This document shows positions 26,651 through 36,885 of a stretch of 58,150 nucleotides of DNA, piece after piece; the first letter of the stretch is position 1, and every line of letters starts with the position of its first letter. Below the pieces are notes generated by a model. The model had not been told where the DNA came from and ran no database searches. It saw only the letters and a list, made by a program, of their open reading frames with translations. The DNA lies in the IMG/VR virus record IMGVR_UViG_3300033141_003493, positions 1 through 58,150 of that record; one strand, 5' to 3'. Source of the DNA: a virus (lineage: Duplodnaviria > Caudoviricetes). A program made the position numbers and the translations under genes.

Positions 26651-27580
26651 ATGGCTCTTACACTTGCACAAAGTGCTGTCCTGTGTCAGGACAAGCTGGT
26701 CAAGGGCATTATAGAGGAGCTCGTCAAGGAGTCGCCGCTTCTAAAGAAGCTGCCCTTCATGGAGCTCCAGGGTAATGCCCTGGCCTTGAATCGTGAAGAC
26801 GTTGACAACATGGGCAGCGTCCAGTTCTACCCCGTAGGCGGTGTGTGGACCGAGAGTACTGCTCAGTTCGAGCAGGCCACTTTCAGTCTGTACACCCTCG
26901 GTGGAGACGCGGACGTACCGACCCTGATTCAGCGGTCCCGGTCGAATATCAACGACCAGATGGCCGCGCAGGTGAAGGTCAAGACCAAGCTCATGGGTCA
27001 TGCCTTCGAGTACCAGGCTGTCTATGGCGTCGCCGCGTCGTCTCATGGCTTTGACGGCGTGCACACGCTCGTAAGCGACGATCAGCAGGTACACATGGTC
27101 GATTCCGGTACTAGCGGGGCGGCCCTGACCATCGCCAAACTGGATGAGTTGCTGGACTGCATCCGCGGCGGCCGAGCCGACATCCTCATGATGAACCGTA
27201 ACATTCGCCGTCGTCTGACTCAGTACCTGCGAACCGTGGGTTCTTACCAGACGGAGCGTGATGACTACGGGAACTTGTGGGAGATGTGGGGCGAGGTCCC
27301 CATCGTCATCAACGATGCCATAACCCAAGAGGAGTCGCTTGTTGACGGGGCTTACAGTGAGCCGACAGGCGGCAATACTTCCAGCATTTTCGCCATTCGC
27401 TTTGGCGAGGGCGATGGGCTGGTAGGTATTCAGAATGGCGGCATCGAGACGGACGTATTCGACAAACTGGAGACCAAGGACGCGATGCGCACCCGCATCC
27501 GCTGGTACTGCGGCATCGCCTTGTACTCCACGCTGGCCCTTGCCCGTCTGGACGGCATCACCGACGAAGCTATCAGCTGA
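26651..27580 (+). CDS. major capsid protein (HK97 fold)
   Basis: 309 aa MALTLAQSA...SPLLKKLPF...LGGDADV...RTRIRWYCGIAL...LARLDGI. Confidence 0.9.
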   Translation: MALTLAQSAVLCQDKLVKGIIEELVKESPLLKKLPFMELQGNALALNREDVDNMGSVQFYPVGGVWTESTAQFEQATFSLYTLGGDADVPTLIQRSRSNINDQMAAQVKVKTKLMGHAFEYQAVYGVAASSHGFDGVHTLVSDDQQVHMVDSGTSGAALTIAKLDELLDCIRGGRADILMMNRNIRRRLTQYLRTVGSYQTERDDYGNLWEMWGEVPIVINDAITQEESLVDGAYSEPTGGNTSSIFAIRFGEGDGLVGIQNGGIETDVFDKLETKDAMRTRIRWYCGIALYSTLALARLDGITDEAIS

Positions 27581-27587
27581 ACGTAGT

Positions 27588-27637
27588 GGAGGGGGATAGC
27601 GGCATTTGCCGCTACGGCCTCGCCGCATACCCCCTCC
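27588..27637 (+). terminator. branched stem-loop after the major capsid gene (attenuator or stabiliser candidate)
   Basis: GGAGGGGG/CCCCCTCC outer stem enclosing TAGCGGC-ATTT-GCCGCTA and CGGC-CTC-GCCG; no U-tract. Confidence 0.45.
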
Positions 27638-27652
27638 CAGAGGAGAACTAAC

Positions 27653-28036
27653 ATGGCTTACGCCGATAATACTCCGCGCACTGTGGCGGAGATGGCTCCA
27701 AGGTTTCCCATTACCCTGGCGGGGACAGTGGAGATGGGGGACTTGCTAGGTTACAGCAGCGGATGGGTACAGGCCGACGCTGACGCCGGTATCACCGCAC
27801 AGCTCATCGCGCTGGAAGCCGGCGACAGCGGCGATGTCATCAACGTCACGGCTGTGGCCATCGTCAGCTCCGTGTCGGATGCGACACCGGGCGACACTGC
27901 CTACCTGTCCACCACGGCCGGTGCTATTGCTGCTACGGACCCCGGGGACAGCAATACCCAGGAGGTGGGCGTCTTCCTGTCCGCCACCTCGGTGCTACTG
28001 GCCCCATTGTTCTACACTATCCCTGTTCTTGACTGA
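27653..28036 (+). CDS. capsid decoration/cement protein
   Basis: 127 aa after the capsid gene; ADAD...ATPGDTAYLSTTAGAI...VG pattern. Confidence 0.65.
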   Translation: MAYADNTPRTVAEMAPRFPITLAGTVEMGDLLGYSSGWVQADADAGITAQLIALEAGDSGDVINVTAVAIVSSVSDATPGDTAYLSTTAGAIAATDPGDSNTQEVGVFLSATSVLLAPLFYTIPVLD

Positions 28037-28078
28037 TCGTAGAGGGGGAGCCCGTCTCCCCCTCTCATAGGAGGCCCA

Positions 28079-28921
28079 TTGAGTGCAACCCTCAAGGAGC
28101 TCCGTCAGGGCCTGGGACGTGATCTCCACGAACTCTACGTAGGACAGATCGTTACCGCAACGACCACGAGCTTTACCGACCCCTCCCTCATCGACTGGCG
28201 AGGGGCTGGCGATCAGAAGCTCGGTTCCGCCTGGGTGCGAATCAGTTCGGGTAACCAGGCCGGGACAACGAGGCGCGTCGGTTCCTACGATGATGAGGTC
28301 GGCAGGGTCATTGTTACCCGCGAGTGGACGCCCCCTGCTGGCGACGACGAGTACGAGCTCCACGTTTTGTTGAGCCCCGATGATATAGATCACTGTATCA
28401 ACCGCACCCTGCGACGATGCTACCAGCGGGGCTGGGAGGAACTCATCCCGGCTGCTGGACAGCGCCAGTACCCACTCGTTTTCTCTTGGATGCGCGACCC
28501 CCACCAAATCCGCCGGGTGTACTGGCGCGAGGGAGAAATGGACCAACAGCGGTTTTATCCCTTCCGGTGGTGGTGGGTGCAGGACAATGCCGGAGAGTAC
28601 ACCCTGCATGTCAGACCAACCACTGTGGCCAGCACCACGACCATCATGCTGGATGTGGTGCGGCCTTATGAAGAGCTGACCGACGACGCTGACACTACGG
28701 ACTGCCCCGAGGAGTGGGTCAAGGCCGGGGCGGAGATGGAAGTATATCGTCTGTTGTCTCACCGAGACCCCGCCCGAGACGCTACCCGTTGGAAACAACT
28801 CCAGATGGAAGCCGCCCAGCGGTTTGCTCGCCTGACTCGAGCCTACTCGCCCCGGCGTCAAGTTAGGGTGCAGCTACCCGATAGCGTATTGCGGAATCTA
28901 TCCTCGGATATTGCGAGATAA
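28079..28921 (+). CDS. head-tail adaptor protein
   Basis: TLKELRQ.L N-terminus, position after capsid genes. Confidence 0.55.
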   Translation: MSATLKELRQGLGRDLHELYVGQIVTATTTSFTDPSLIDWRGAGDQKLGSAWVRISSGNQAGTTRRVGSYDDEVGRVIVTREWTPPAGDDEYELHVLLSPDDIDHCINRTLRRCYQRGWEELIPAAGQRQYPLVFSWMRDPHQIRRVYWREGEMDQQRFYPFRWWWVQDNAGEYTLHVRPTTVASTTTIMLDVVRPYEELTDDADTTDCPEEWVKAGAEMEVYRLLSHRDPARDATRWKQLQMEAAQRFARLTRAYSPRRQVRVQLPDSVLRNLSSDIAR

Positions 28922-28923
28922 TC

Positions 28924-30864
28924 ATGCCCAGCGGATATGATTTCACCATCGAGTATCAAGGACAGATACGCGGATACATGTTGGCCCGTGAAGGGCAGCT
29001 AGGGCGTGGGCAACGGGCTTGGCGCGTGGAGAACGTGGGGGCGTCCATCGCCCAGCGGATGCCTACTGAGCAACGGTACGGCAACCAACCGGCCGTTATC
29101 GAGGCCCCCATGGTGTTCAAGACCTGCCATCGGGGATACGGCGACGACCAGGTACGCAGCGGGGGTCGTTATCACTACGCCTTGAATGTAGACTGCCGCT
29201 TCCCCGACCTGGTGCTGCCGGGGCCTAAAAAGCACAGCCTGACGCTGCCCAACAGCGCCCATCATGTCAGCGGGTTCTTTGAGATGGACGACATGGTGTT
29301 TGCCATCGCGGGAAGGCGGTGCTTCGCCATGGACGCCGACGATGTAGTGACTGAGGCCAAAGATTTCGGTGCGGGCAAGGAGGCCAGCGCTTGTGCTGTC
29401 TTTCGTGGTACAGCATCCAAGTTCTCTACCGGAGCGCGGGCTTACGTGGCCATGGGGCACGATGAGCCCATCTACGAGCGTGCCCCCAATGCTGATCCCA
29501 CTCTGGGATGGAGTCAGGCCGCCAATGTCTATGCCGAGCGCTTAGCTACCTCAAAGGACCGACTCAACGGTAGTCCTGCACCCAATCTTGTGTACTGGGT
29601 TCAGAACGATCCTCTTCTCTCTGCCGACTGGACAACCGCCTACCCGGTCGGGGACTCTCGGCACCGTATTACCTCCTTGGTAGAGATGGGCGTGCTTTAC
29701 GTCGGCAAAGAGAACGGCTTGTACATCTTCGACCAGGACTATCAGGCCGTAACGGTGACGCCCGAGCTGGAGCACGTCCCCAACGTTTGGAACTGCTTCA
29801 ATATGATCGGGTGGCAGGGATCGCTATGGGTTCCCCATATCAGGGGGCTCCTGAACTACCAAAACATGGGAGCTAACGGGTTCGTGGTAACACCCGCTAC
29901 CCCTGGGTCCTGGACCACTGACGAGAACCCCGTCCGAGGCCGAGTAACGGCCCTGGCGGGGGATAACCGCTGGCTCTACGCGGCGGTGCTCAACCCGGAT
30001 GGTAACTCCTACATCCTGGCGGGCAGAAAGGCTTTTGAGGGCGAAGTTGGTCCCATCGTATGGCACCCTTTGGTCAGCCTGGGTGCTGTAGAGTGTCGCG
30101 CTTTGTATCTGTCGGGCTCGTATGCCAACCCGCGGTTGTACTATGGCGCAGGATACAATGCTGGCTACCTCATCCTTCCCCGAGTCGGTGAGGACCCGAT
30201 ACAGGACTCGAACTGCCGCTATGAGACAAGTGGGAGCCTCTACTACCCCGCCCACTCCTGGTTCACCCCCATCACGGTAAAAGTGTGGAAGTCCATCGAG
30301 ATCGAAGGCGACTACCTCACCGAAGCTCGCTACGTTGATGTGTACTACCGGATAGACGGCGGAACTTGGAGATATGCAGGAAGGGCGGATCGTTCCCCCA
30401 GGGATGTTATCGCCCTACCCCACGACACCCACGGCAGCCGCATCGAGCTCAGGCTGGACTACACCATGCCCTCGGACACACTGCCGTTTCGTTTGCGCAG
30501 TGTGGTGGTCCGGGGTGCTGAGAGACCCCAGACCGTCAAGGTCATCTCAGCTACGGTACGTTGCTGTGACAACCTGCCCACCTACGCAGGCCTGGAACGT
30601 CGCAGCGGTGCCGAAATACTCCAGGACCTGGAATCCTATGCCCAGGCCGGGGAGCCCGTGAAGCTCACGGACCCCCTGGGGAACGAGCGGTGGGTGCTGG
30701 TCCTTGCCCCCGTTGGGGAACAGGAATCCGCCCAGTACGGAGATGAGCCCCCCGAGATACTGGCGACCATACAGATGGCTACCTTTGAGCCCCCGGATAG
30801 ACCGGAACAGTACGAAACAGGTGCATACGGCACCGATAAGTATGGTGAGATTGCCTACGCATAA
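28924..30864 (+). CDS. tail nozzle/hub protein
   Basis: 646-aa beta-rich protein between adaptor and fibre. Confidence 0.55.
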   Translation: MPSGYDFTIEYQGQIRGYMLAREGQLGRGQRAWRVENVGASIAQRMPTEQRYGNQPAVIEAPMVFKTCHRGYGDDQVRSGGRYHYALNVDCRFPDLVLPGPKKHSLTLPNSAHHVSGFFEMDDMVFAIAGRRCFAMDADDVVTEAKDFGAGKEASACAVFRGTASKFSTGARAYVAMGHDEPIYERAPNADPTLGWSQAANVYAERLATSKDRLNGSPAPNLVYWVQNDPLLSADWTTAYPVGDSRHRITSLVEMGVLYVGKENGLYIFDQDYQAVTVTPELEHVPNVWNCFNMIGWQGSLWVPHIRGLLNYQNMGANGFVVTPATPGSWTTDENPVRGRVTALAGDNRWLYAAVLNPDGNSYILAGRKAFEGEVGPIVWHPLVSLGAVECRALYLSGSYANPRLYYGAGYNAGYLILPRVGEDPIQDSNCRYETSGSLYYPAHSWFTPITVKVWKSIEIEGDYLTEARYVDVYYRIDGGTWRYAGRADRSPRDVIALPHDTHGSRIELRLDYTMPSDTLPFRLRSVVVRGAERPQTVKVISATVRCCDNLPTYAGLERRSGAEILQDLESYAQAGEPVKLTDPLGNERWVLVLAPVGEQESAQYGDEPPEILATIQMATFEPPDRPEQYETGAYGTDKYGEIAYA

Positions 30865-30873
30865 AGGATCAAG

Positions 30874-32349
30874 ATGGCCTACATAAAGCCTAGTACCGGC
30901 GACACGGTAGAAGCAGAACACGTCAATCAGATAACTGACGTGCTGGACGGAACGAGCGGCGAGCCGGTGAAGCTCAAGAACAACGATTCCGTCGAGTACG
31001 TCTTGGACGTTCAGAACCTGGACACGGTGAACTCCCTCATTGCCAGATTCCGCAATGCTGCCGGCGAGACGGTCTTGGGCATTGTCAAGGAAGCGCTGAA
31101 CTTTGGCAAGCAGATCGTCTCCTCTGTGGCCACGGGTACGGCCCCCTTCTCCATTGCCAGCACTACGAAGGTAACAAATCTCAACGCGGACAAGGTAGAC
31201 GACTACGATGCACCGTTCCCATCGGCGGCCATTGCCGATGGAGCAGTAACAGAGGCCAAGATCAGCGCTGGTGCCATCACTTCCGCCAAACTTAGCTCTG
31301 GTGCCGTTACTGCCGGCAAGATTGCCACAGGTGGTGTGTCAGCCGCCGCGCAACTTGCTTCGAATGTAGTCGAGACAGCAAAGATCAAAGATCTGAACGT
31401 CACAGAAGCCAAGATTGCCACTGGCGCAGTGACAGAGACCAAGATCAGTACCGGCGCTGTAACGGAAGGCAAGATCGCCGACGGTGCGGTTACCAATACT
31501 AAGATTGCCTCTGGCGCTGTTACCTCCACGAAACTTGGTTCCGGCGCGGTGACCGCCGGCAAGATCGGCACAGGCGGGGTGAGTGCGGCGACGCAACTTG
31601 CTGACGGTATTGTAACCGAGGCCAAGATCGCCAATGGCGCTGTTACCTCCACAAAACTTGGTTCTGGTGCCGTTACTGCCGGCAAGATTGCCACAGGTGG
31701 TGTGTCTGCTGCAACACAGTTGGCTTCTAACGTAGTAGAGACAGCCAAGATCAAGGACGGTGCTGTTACCGAAAGCAAGATTGCCAATGAAGCAGTGACT
31801 ATCACCAAGATTGCTGACGGTGCCGTCACCAGCGCCAAGATTGTGGGTGGATCCGTGACAGAAGCCAAGATTGCCACGGGCGCTGTTACCTCTACGAAAC
31901 TTGCCTCTAACGCGGTAAGTAGTAGCAAGATTGCCACTGCCGCAGTGAACGCTGCGCATCTGTGTAGCGACATCGTGGATGATACCAAGGTGGGCAACCG
32001 GGTCCCGCAGTTTTATCGACGGCAGGGAGGGGATGCTACTAACTGGGACGTTACGGGAACCACTACCTATATGCCTGGCGCTGTGCGGATGGTTGGTGGT
32101 CGCATACAGATACACTTCAGCGATACACAGAACCTCGCAACGGTAGTCATTGGCTATGGCGTAACATTCTCCGGTCGCCCCCTGCTATTCTATTCCCTAT
32201 TCACTGATCTGTCCCAAAGCACACTCGAAGCAGTTCACATCGAACTGACCAACGCATCGACCACCGGTGTAACGATTTACGGCAAGCGCGCCAGCACATC
32301 GGGCACACTTGACCTGTATATGCACTGGCTTGCTATTGGCCCCGAGTGA
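30874..32349 (+). CDS. tail fibre protein with GAVTxxKIA repeats
   Basis: ~25 ten-residue repeats, TNLNADKVD motif, gp53-like C-terminal WLAIG. Confidence 0.8.
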   Translation: MAYIKPSTGDTVEAEHVNQITDVLDGTSGEPVKLKNNDSVEYVLDVQNLDTVNSLIARFRNAAGETVLGIVKEALNFGKQIVSSVATGTAPFSIASTTKVTNLNADKVDDYDAPFPSAAIADGAVTEAKISAGAITSAKLSSGAVTAGKIATGGVSAAAQLASNVVETAKIKDLNVTEAKIATGAVTETKISTGAVTEGKIADGAVTNTKIASGAVTSTKLGSGAVTAGKIGTGGVSAATQLADGIVTEAKIANGAVTSTKLGSGAVTAGKIATGGVSAATQLASNVVETAKIKDGAVTESKIANEAVTITKIADGAVTSAKIVGGSVTEAKIATGAVTSTKLASNAVSSSKIATAAVNAAHLCSDIVDDTKVGNRVPQFYRRQGGDATNWDVTGTTTYMPGAVRMVGGRIQIHFSDTQNLATVVIGYGVTFSGRPLLFYSLFTDLSQSTLEAVHIELTNASTTGVTIYGKRASTSGTLDLYMHWLAIGPE

Positions 32350-32358
32350 GGAGGCTAA

Positions 32359-32664
32359 GTGAAAACTATCCACCGCTGCATTGAGGGCGCACTGCCCAGT
32401 ACTGAGGGAACACTGTACACCGTCCCCGTTGGCTGTCGAGCGACCTGGCGCTCTGCGTCGCTCGTGAACACCGACTCGACGGCGCGTATGAGTTACTTGC
32501 TGGTGAACGGTACCCACGTTCTGCGGGTCAACCTGGCCGCCGGGGATAGTGTGTACCTGGACGAACTGCCGCTGCTGGACGCTGGGGGCATTGTGAGCGG
32601 CTACGCGGCGGCGGCCGGCGTGGTGGAGTACATCCTCGGCGTCAAAGAGGAGCACGACGTATGA
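32359..32664 (+). CDS. small tail-associated protein
   Basis: TLYTVP...VNTD motif; SD GAGGAGG. Confidence 0.6.
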   Translation: MKTIHRCIEGALPSTEGTLYTVPVGCRATWRSASLVNTDSTARMSYLLVNGTHVLRVNLAAGDSVYLDELPLLDAGGIVSGYAAAAGVVEYILGVKEEHDV

Positions 32665-33128
32665 ACTGGCGCAACATAAAAGGACACTTGCGACAGATAC
32701 TCGCCTCTCTGCACGTCGATGAGGACGCGACGATAGAGGGCGGCCTGAACGTCGGCACAGCGACAGGGGCGGAGACGGGCGATATCAAAGTTTCTGGTGG
32801 CATCGTGATTGGTAATACCAGCCTGGCGTCCTCTGCTACTGGGCAGTTTGTGTCACAAATCACCAATGCGGCACATGCAGCGGGAGAGGTTATAACGCTA
32901 CCGCTTAGATATGGCTTGGTATACGTTGCATCTAGCACCGCTGGCCATTCTGCACTATTTCGCGTGGATGCTTTTGCACAAGTTATCATCTCCGGTAGTA
33001 CCGCGCATTTTAGCATCACGAAAGACACCGCAAATAAGATAAATGTGTACAGGGAGGATTCCGCGATAAAAGTGCAGAACGGTTACAGTACGGTAAGGAA
33101 CTACACCATTCACGCCTGGGGTTGGTAA
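32661..33128 (+). CDS. short fibre-like protein
   Basis: GGLNVGTATGA.TGDI motif; coupled to the upstream gene. Confidence 0.55.
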   Translation: MNWRNIKGHLRQILASLHVDEDATIEGGLNVGTATGAETGDIKVSGGIVIGNTSLASSATGQFVSQITNAAHAAGEVITLPLRYGLVYVASSTAGHSALFRVDAFAQVIISGSTAHFSITKDTANKINVYREDSAIKVQNGYSTVRNYTIHAWGW

Positions 33129-33197
33129 GGGAGCACACATGCATATCACCACCCGAGACGCGATCACCCATCACGGGAAACAGTCCGGCTTGACAAG

Positions 33198-33869
33198 ATG
33201 CAAATAGTAGACCTGATAGACAAGCTGCCCCACAGCGGCGAGTACTCCAAACGTTACTGGCCGCCCTACTACGCTATCATACACCACTCCGCAACATCCC
33301 CCCGGGTCAGCCCCTACATCATCGCCGACTATCATGTAAACGTCAAGAAGTACCCTGCTATCGCTTATCATGCTCTGATATACCCCGACGGTATGGTCTA
33401 CCAGACCAACGACTGGGACGCTATCAGTTGGCACGCCGGCTGTGCCGCCGTTCATGGCCCCAACTGTCCCGACAACGCCAACCTCACCGGCATCGGAATA
33501 TGTCTCGTGGGGGATTTCACTAACGAACCGCCGGCACCAGCGCAACTGGAAGCGGCCGGAGAGCTCATCATCGAACTCTCCCGAATGTATGGTCCCCTGA
33601 AGATCATTGGCCACAAGGAGGCCCATGCAGCTCGAACACGCTGTCCCGGCGATACCTGGACAAGCTGGCGCGTGCAACTGGAGGACAAAGTGGAAGATCG
33701 CATCAAGACCGCCCGCTGGCACTGTGAGGAAGCAGTCCGTGAGATAGAGCGCGTTCTGGAAGTCCTGGAGATCAAACTGCTCCAGGCTGCCAGAGAGCGC
33801 TTGGTAGAGAAGGTCATCCCCCAGCTCTACGAGATGGAGAGACATGAAGATCGGATGGCATCTGGGTAA
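33198..33869 (+). CDS. endolysin, N-acetylmuramoyl-L-alanine amidase (Amidase_2)
   Basis: IIHHSAT, YH, WHAG, IGICLVGDF, GHKE, TRCPG motifs. Confidence 0.9.
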   Translation: MQIVDLIDKLPHSGEYSKRYWPPYYAIIHHSATSPRVSPYIIADYHVNVKKYPAIAYHALIYPDGMVYQTNDWDAISWHAGCAAVHGPNCPDNANLTGIGICLVGDFTNEPPAPAQLEAAGELIIELSRMYGPLKIIGHKEAHAARTRCPGDTWTSWRVQLEDKVEDRIKTARWHCEEAVREIERVLEVLEIKLLQAARERLVEKVIPQLYEMERHEDRMASG

Positions 33870-34956
33870 TAAGAAGCCGGTTACCGACCTGGACTGGGAA
33901 ATATTGCGAACCGTGCCTCCGGGCGTGGTAGTGCTGTTACCCAAAGAGGGCATCAGCCCCGAGGACGGGAAACGCATCCTGGGAGTCAATCCCGCCTGTC
34001 ACTTTATCATCCGGCCCTACTTTTCTCCGAGAGAAGTTACCGGGCCGGTCCTCCAGGAGTATATCGACTTCTGCAAAAGTTGCATAGACGAGTGGCGCAC
34101 ACTGCCAGAGGGACAGAAACACCTCCAGGTGTTCAACGAACCCAACATGCCCCGGTGGGCTCAGTGGGAGGGCTTTGGCGACCAGCTTGAGGATATGAAG
34201 CGCTTTGAGGATTGTTTCGTAGCCGCTTATTCCCAACTCAAGCGCCACGACCCATCTTGGCTGATCGGCCTCACCCCCCTAACGCCCGGCAACCGCGACG
34301 TGTGGTTCCCGGGCGATGCCAGGGGCTACTACTATTTCCACGGTCCTTCTGGCTGCGCCGAGAACCTCACCGCGGAGCAGCGAACCAGGGCGTTTCACGA
34401 GTCTCCCTGTCGCTACTCCATAGAGATCGCGGACGAATACTACGATCACATCTACATTCACGAGACGAGGGAAGCCTATCGAGAGGGATGGTACGGGCTC
34501 CGGTTTAGTCGTTACAACCTGTATCGCCCTCCGAAGCCGGTGTGGATCACCGAGGCCGGGTTCCCCAACAAGGACAACATGCCTGAGTGGGCCGAATCTA
34601 GCCTCATCGCCTGGTTCGACCGACTGCTGACCGAAAACGTCACCGGTCTGGCCCTTTGGATTCTAGGCGACAATCCCCAGTGGGGGCCGATGTGGTATCG
34701 AGAGGGGAGGATTATCCCCACGGTATATGCCATCAAGCGGTGGCGCGATGCTCTGAACAACCTACAGGAGGAAGACCCCGTTATGCCACCCATGCGCATC
34801 GACGCAGCTGCTGTACACATCCGCTGGAACATCGAGGAAGCCATCCGGGAGATAGAGCGTGGGGATACGGAAGCTGCCAGAAAGCGTCTAAAGAGGCTGG
34901 TGAATCAACAGAACGGAGTGGCGTATCGATTGGAGCGGAATCTGAAGAGCGTGTAG
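33844..34956 (+). CDS. clan GH-A-like glycoside hydrolase
   Basis: acid/base FNEPN and nucleophile WITEAG motifs. Confidence 0.7.
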   Translation: MKIGWHLGNKKPVTDLDWEILRTVPPGVVVLLPKEGISPEDGKRILGVNPACHFIIRPYFSPREVTGPVLQEYIDFCKSCIDEWRTLPEGQKHLQVFNEPNMPRWAQWEGFGDQLEDMKRFEDCFVAAYSQLKRHDPSWLIGLTPLTPGNRDVWFPGDARGYYYFHGPSGCAENLTAEQRTRAFHESPCRYSIEIADEYYDHIYIHETREAYREGWYGLRFSRYNLYRPPKPVWITEAGFPNKDNMPEWAESSLIAWFDRLLTENVTGLALWILGDNPQWGPMWYREGRIIPTVYAIKRWRDALNNLQEEDPVMPPMRIDAAAVHIRWNIEEAIREIERGDTEAARKRLKRLVNQQNGVAYRLERNLKSV

Positions 34957-34966
34957 GGAGGGGATC

Positions 34967-35875
34967 GTGACTAAGTGGTCACCGGCAGAAGATGCCCTCC
35001 TGCGCGTTCTGGTTGAGGAAAAGCACCTGGACTCGGCAGAGATAGCGGAGCACTTTCGCCAAGAGGGAATCCGTCGGACCCAGAAAGCCATTCAGAGATA
35101 CATCGCCAGACACAAGATCCGCGCCAAAGTCCCCCAATCTCCGGTTCCACCGCTACAGCAACTTACCGTTCAGGGCGACTTCCTGCTGCTGTTTGACATT
35201 CACTCACCGCTCCAGGATGCCGACTGGATCAATCGGGTCATGGAGTTGGCTCTGGACATGGGCATTGACTCCGTGGGAATCGGTGGGGACTTGGTAGAGT
35301 TCGACGCCTTTTCGCATTTTCGACGGAGCGAAGATTATGATATCAGAGATGAACTGAAGACCACTCGCAAGCTCCTCTCCGCGCTGGCTAACTTCGACCG
35401 GGTGATATTCAGCCCCGGCAACCACGAGGTACGGTTGTCTCGAAAGCTGAACTGGCTTCTGCCCGTGGACGAGTCGATGAAGCTATTCCTCGAATCACCC
35501 AAGGTGCAGATGACCAGTTTACACTGGTTCGAGGTAATCAGCGGCGGGGAAAAGTTCCGCGTCGAGCACCCCAAGAATACCAGCGTCCACGCCGCGCTGA
35601 TACCACAGAAGCTGTGTTCCAAGTTCCTGTGTCACATCATCGCTGGGCATGGCCATGACTGGGGCTTGGCCAGGGATGTATCGGACCACTTCTGGGCTAT
35701 TGACGCGGGGTGTTGTCTCGACCCTAAGCGAGTAGACTACTGCAACCGTGAGCACAGCACCAGACCCGTCATGAAGCGAGGGGCAGTCATTGTCAAAGAC
35801 GGTATACCGTTGCTGCTGTCACCGCACAACATTCAGTACTACGAGAAGACCCTTGATCCTAAAAACCCAATCTAG
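34967..35875 (+). CDS. HTH-fused calcineurin-like metallophosphoesterase
   Basis: DIH, GDLVE, GNHE, GHGH motifs; Myb-like W(S)xxED N-terminus. Confidence 0.8.
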   Translation: MTKWSPAEDALLRVLVEEKHLDSAEIAEHFRQEGIRRTQKAIQRYIARHKIRAKVPQSPVPPLQQLTVQGDFLLLFDIHSPLQDADWINRVMELALDMGIDSVGIGGDLVEFDAFSHFRRSEDYDIRDELKTTRKLLSALANFDRVIFSPGNHEVRLSRKLNWLLPVDESMKLFLESPKVQMTSLHWFEVISGGEKFRVEHPKNTSVHAALIPQKLCSKFLCHIIAGHGHDWGLARDVSDHFWAIDAGCCLDPKRVDYCNREHSTRPVMKRGAVIVKDGIPLLLSPHNIQYYEKTLDPKNPI

Positions 35876-35882
35876 CTGATAG

Positions 35883-35943
35883 CGGGCCGATGCCCCTCCC
35901 GTCGGCTCGTTATCCCCGCCCCCGGTTGCCCGCCGGGGGCGGG
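35883..35943. terminator. GC-rich hairpins between convergent late operon and integrase
   Basis: CCCGCCCCCGG...CCGGGGGCGGG stem plus an upstream stem. Confidence 0.6.
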
Positions 35944-36819
35944 TTATTTCAGGGCGCTGTCCACTGGTCTAGCGCGTTGGTGAATCGTCCGTAGGTCGTC
36001 ATCTACTTGCTTGAGATATCGCTCCAAGACAGCCAGTGAGGAGTGGCCCAAAAGGCGTTGTAGGGATATGAGATCGCCGCCGTTCCTGAGTACGGCCAGA
36101 GCAAAAGCTCGACGGAACATATGGGGAGTTGGCGGTTGCACACCGGCTCTCTTGGCCCGCCGTCTGAGCATCCCCCGTAGAGCGTCATAAGAGAGGCGTT
36201 TCCCCCGGTTGTCTAACCACAGGGGGCCTTCGAGCTCTCGGTGTCCAAGCCAGCGCAGGATGGCCGCCGTGGTGATATTGCCAACGAAGACCGACCGCCA
36301 CTTGCCGCCCTTGCCCCGGACGCGAATGACGCCACCCTCCAAGTCTACGTCATCCACGTCAAGGTCCAGAAGCTCACCACGCCGCAAGCCAGTATCCAAC
36401 AGAGTCAAGAGGATGGCTCGGTCTCGATCTCCCACAAAGTCCACATCACAGGTTTTCAGCAGGGCCTTCACCGTTTCCAGAGGAACGGGCTCCAGCGGTT
36501 CATCAGGAACCCTGGGCGCTGATACCTTTCGAGTGGGGTCCTCGATGCCATACTCCTCGGCACACCAGCGAAAGAGCGCTCTGGTCGCCCGATACGCCCC
36601 GTGGACTCCCCCGGGGTTGTGAGATTGGGCAAAGTCCACTAAGAATCTCCGCAGATGCTCGGGGCTGACGCGATTCATAGGTGTCTCGCCGACGAACCGG
36701 GCGAGATGAGCCAGTTGCTGCTTGTACCAGCGTATGGTGTAGGGAGACAGTCCCCGGGCCTGCCGATCCAGCAGAAAAAGTCGTACTATCGTGTGGACTG
36801 TTGGCGAGTTTGAAGACAT
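35944..36819 (-). CDS. int: tyrosine integrase (XerC/D-like)
   Basis: SAM-like N-domain, TGLRRGEL, GKGGKWR, HMFRR, LGHSS, RY catalytic motifs. Confidence 0.93.
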   Translation of the reverse strand: MSSNSPTVHTIVRLFLLDRQARGLSPYTIRWYKQQLAHLARFVGETPMNRVSPEHLRRFLVDFAQSHNPGGVHGAYRATRALFRWCAEEYGIEDPTRKVSAPRVPDEPLEPVPLETVKALLKTCDVDFVGDRDRAILLTLLDTGLRRGELLDLDVDDVDLEGGVIRVRGKGGKWRSVFVGNITTAAILRWLGHRELEGPLWLDNRGKRLSYDALRGMLRRRAKRAGVQPPTPHMFRRAFALAVLRNGGDLISLQRLLGHSSLAVLERYLKQVDDDLRTIHQRARPVDSALK

Positions 36820-36885
36820 AGAGAAGGGCGCCTCCTCTCCACTGATCGGGGTGTACTACGCCCTTTTCTACTGTTCTATCGCTAG

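Noticed and set aside
4038-35755. Numerous long minus-strand ORFs opposite structural genes
   Set aside because: Shadow ORFs expected in high-GC coding DNA; no motifs or SDs
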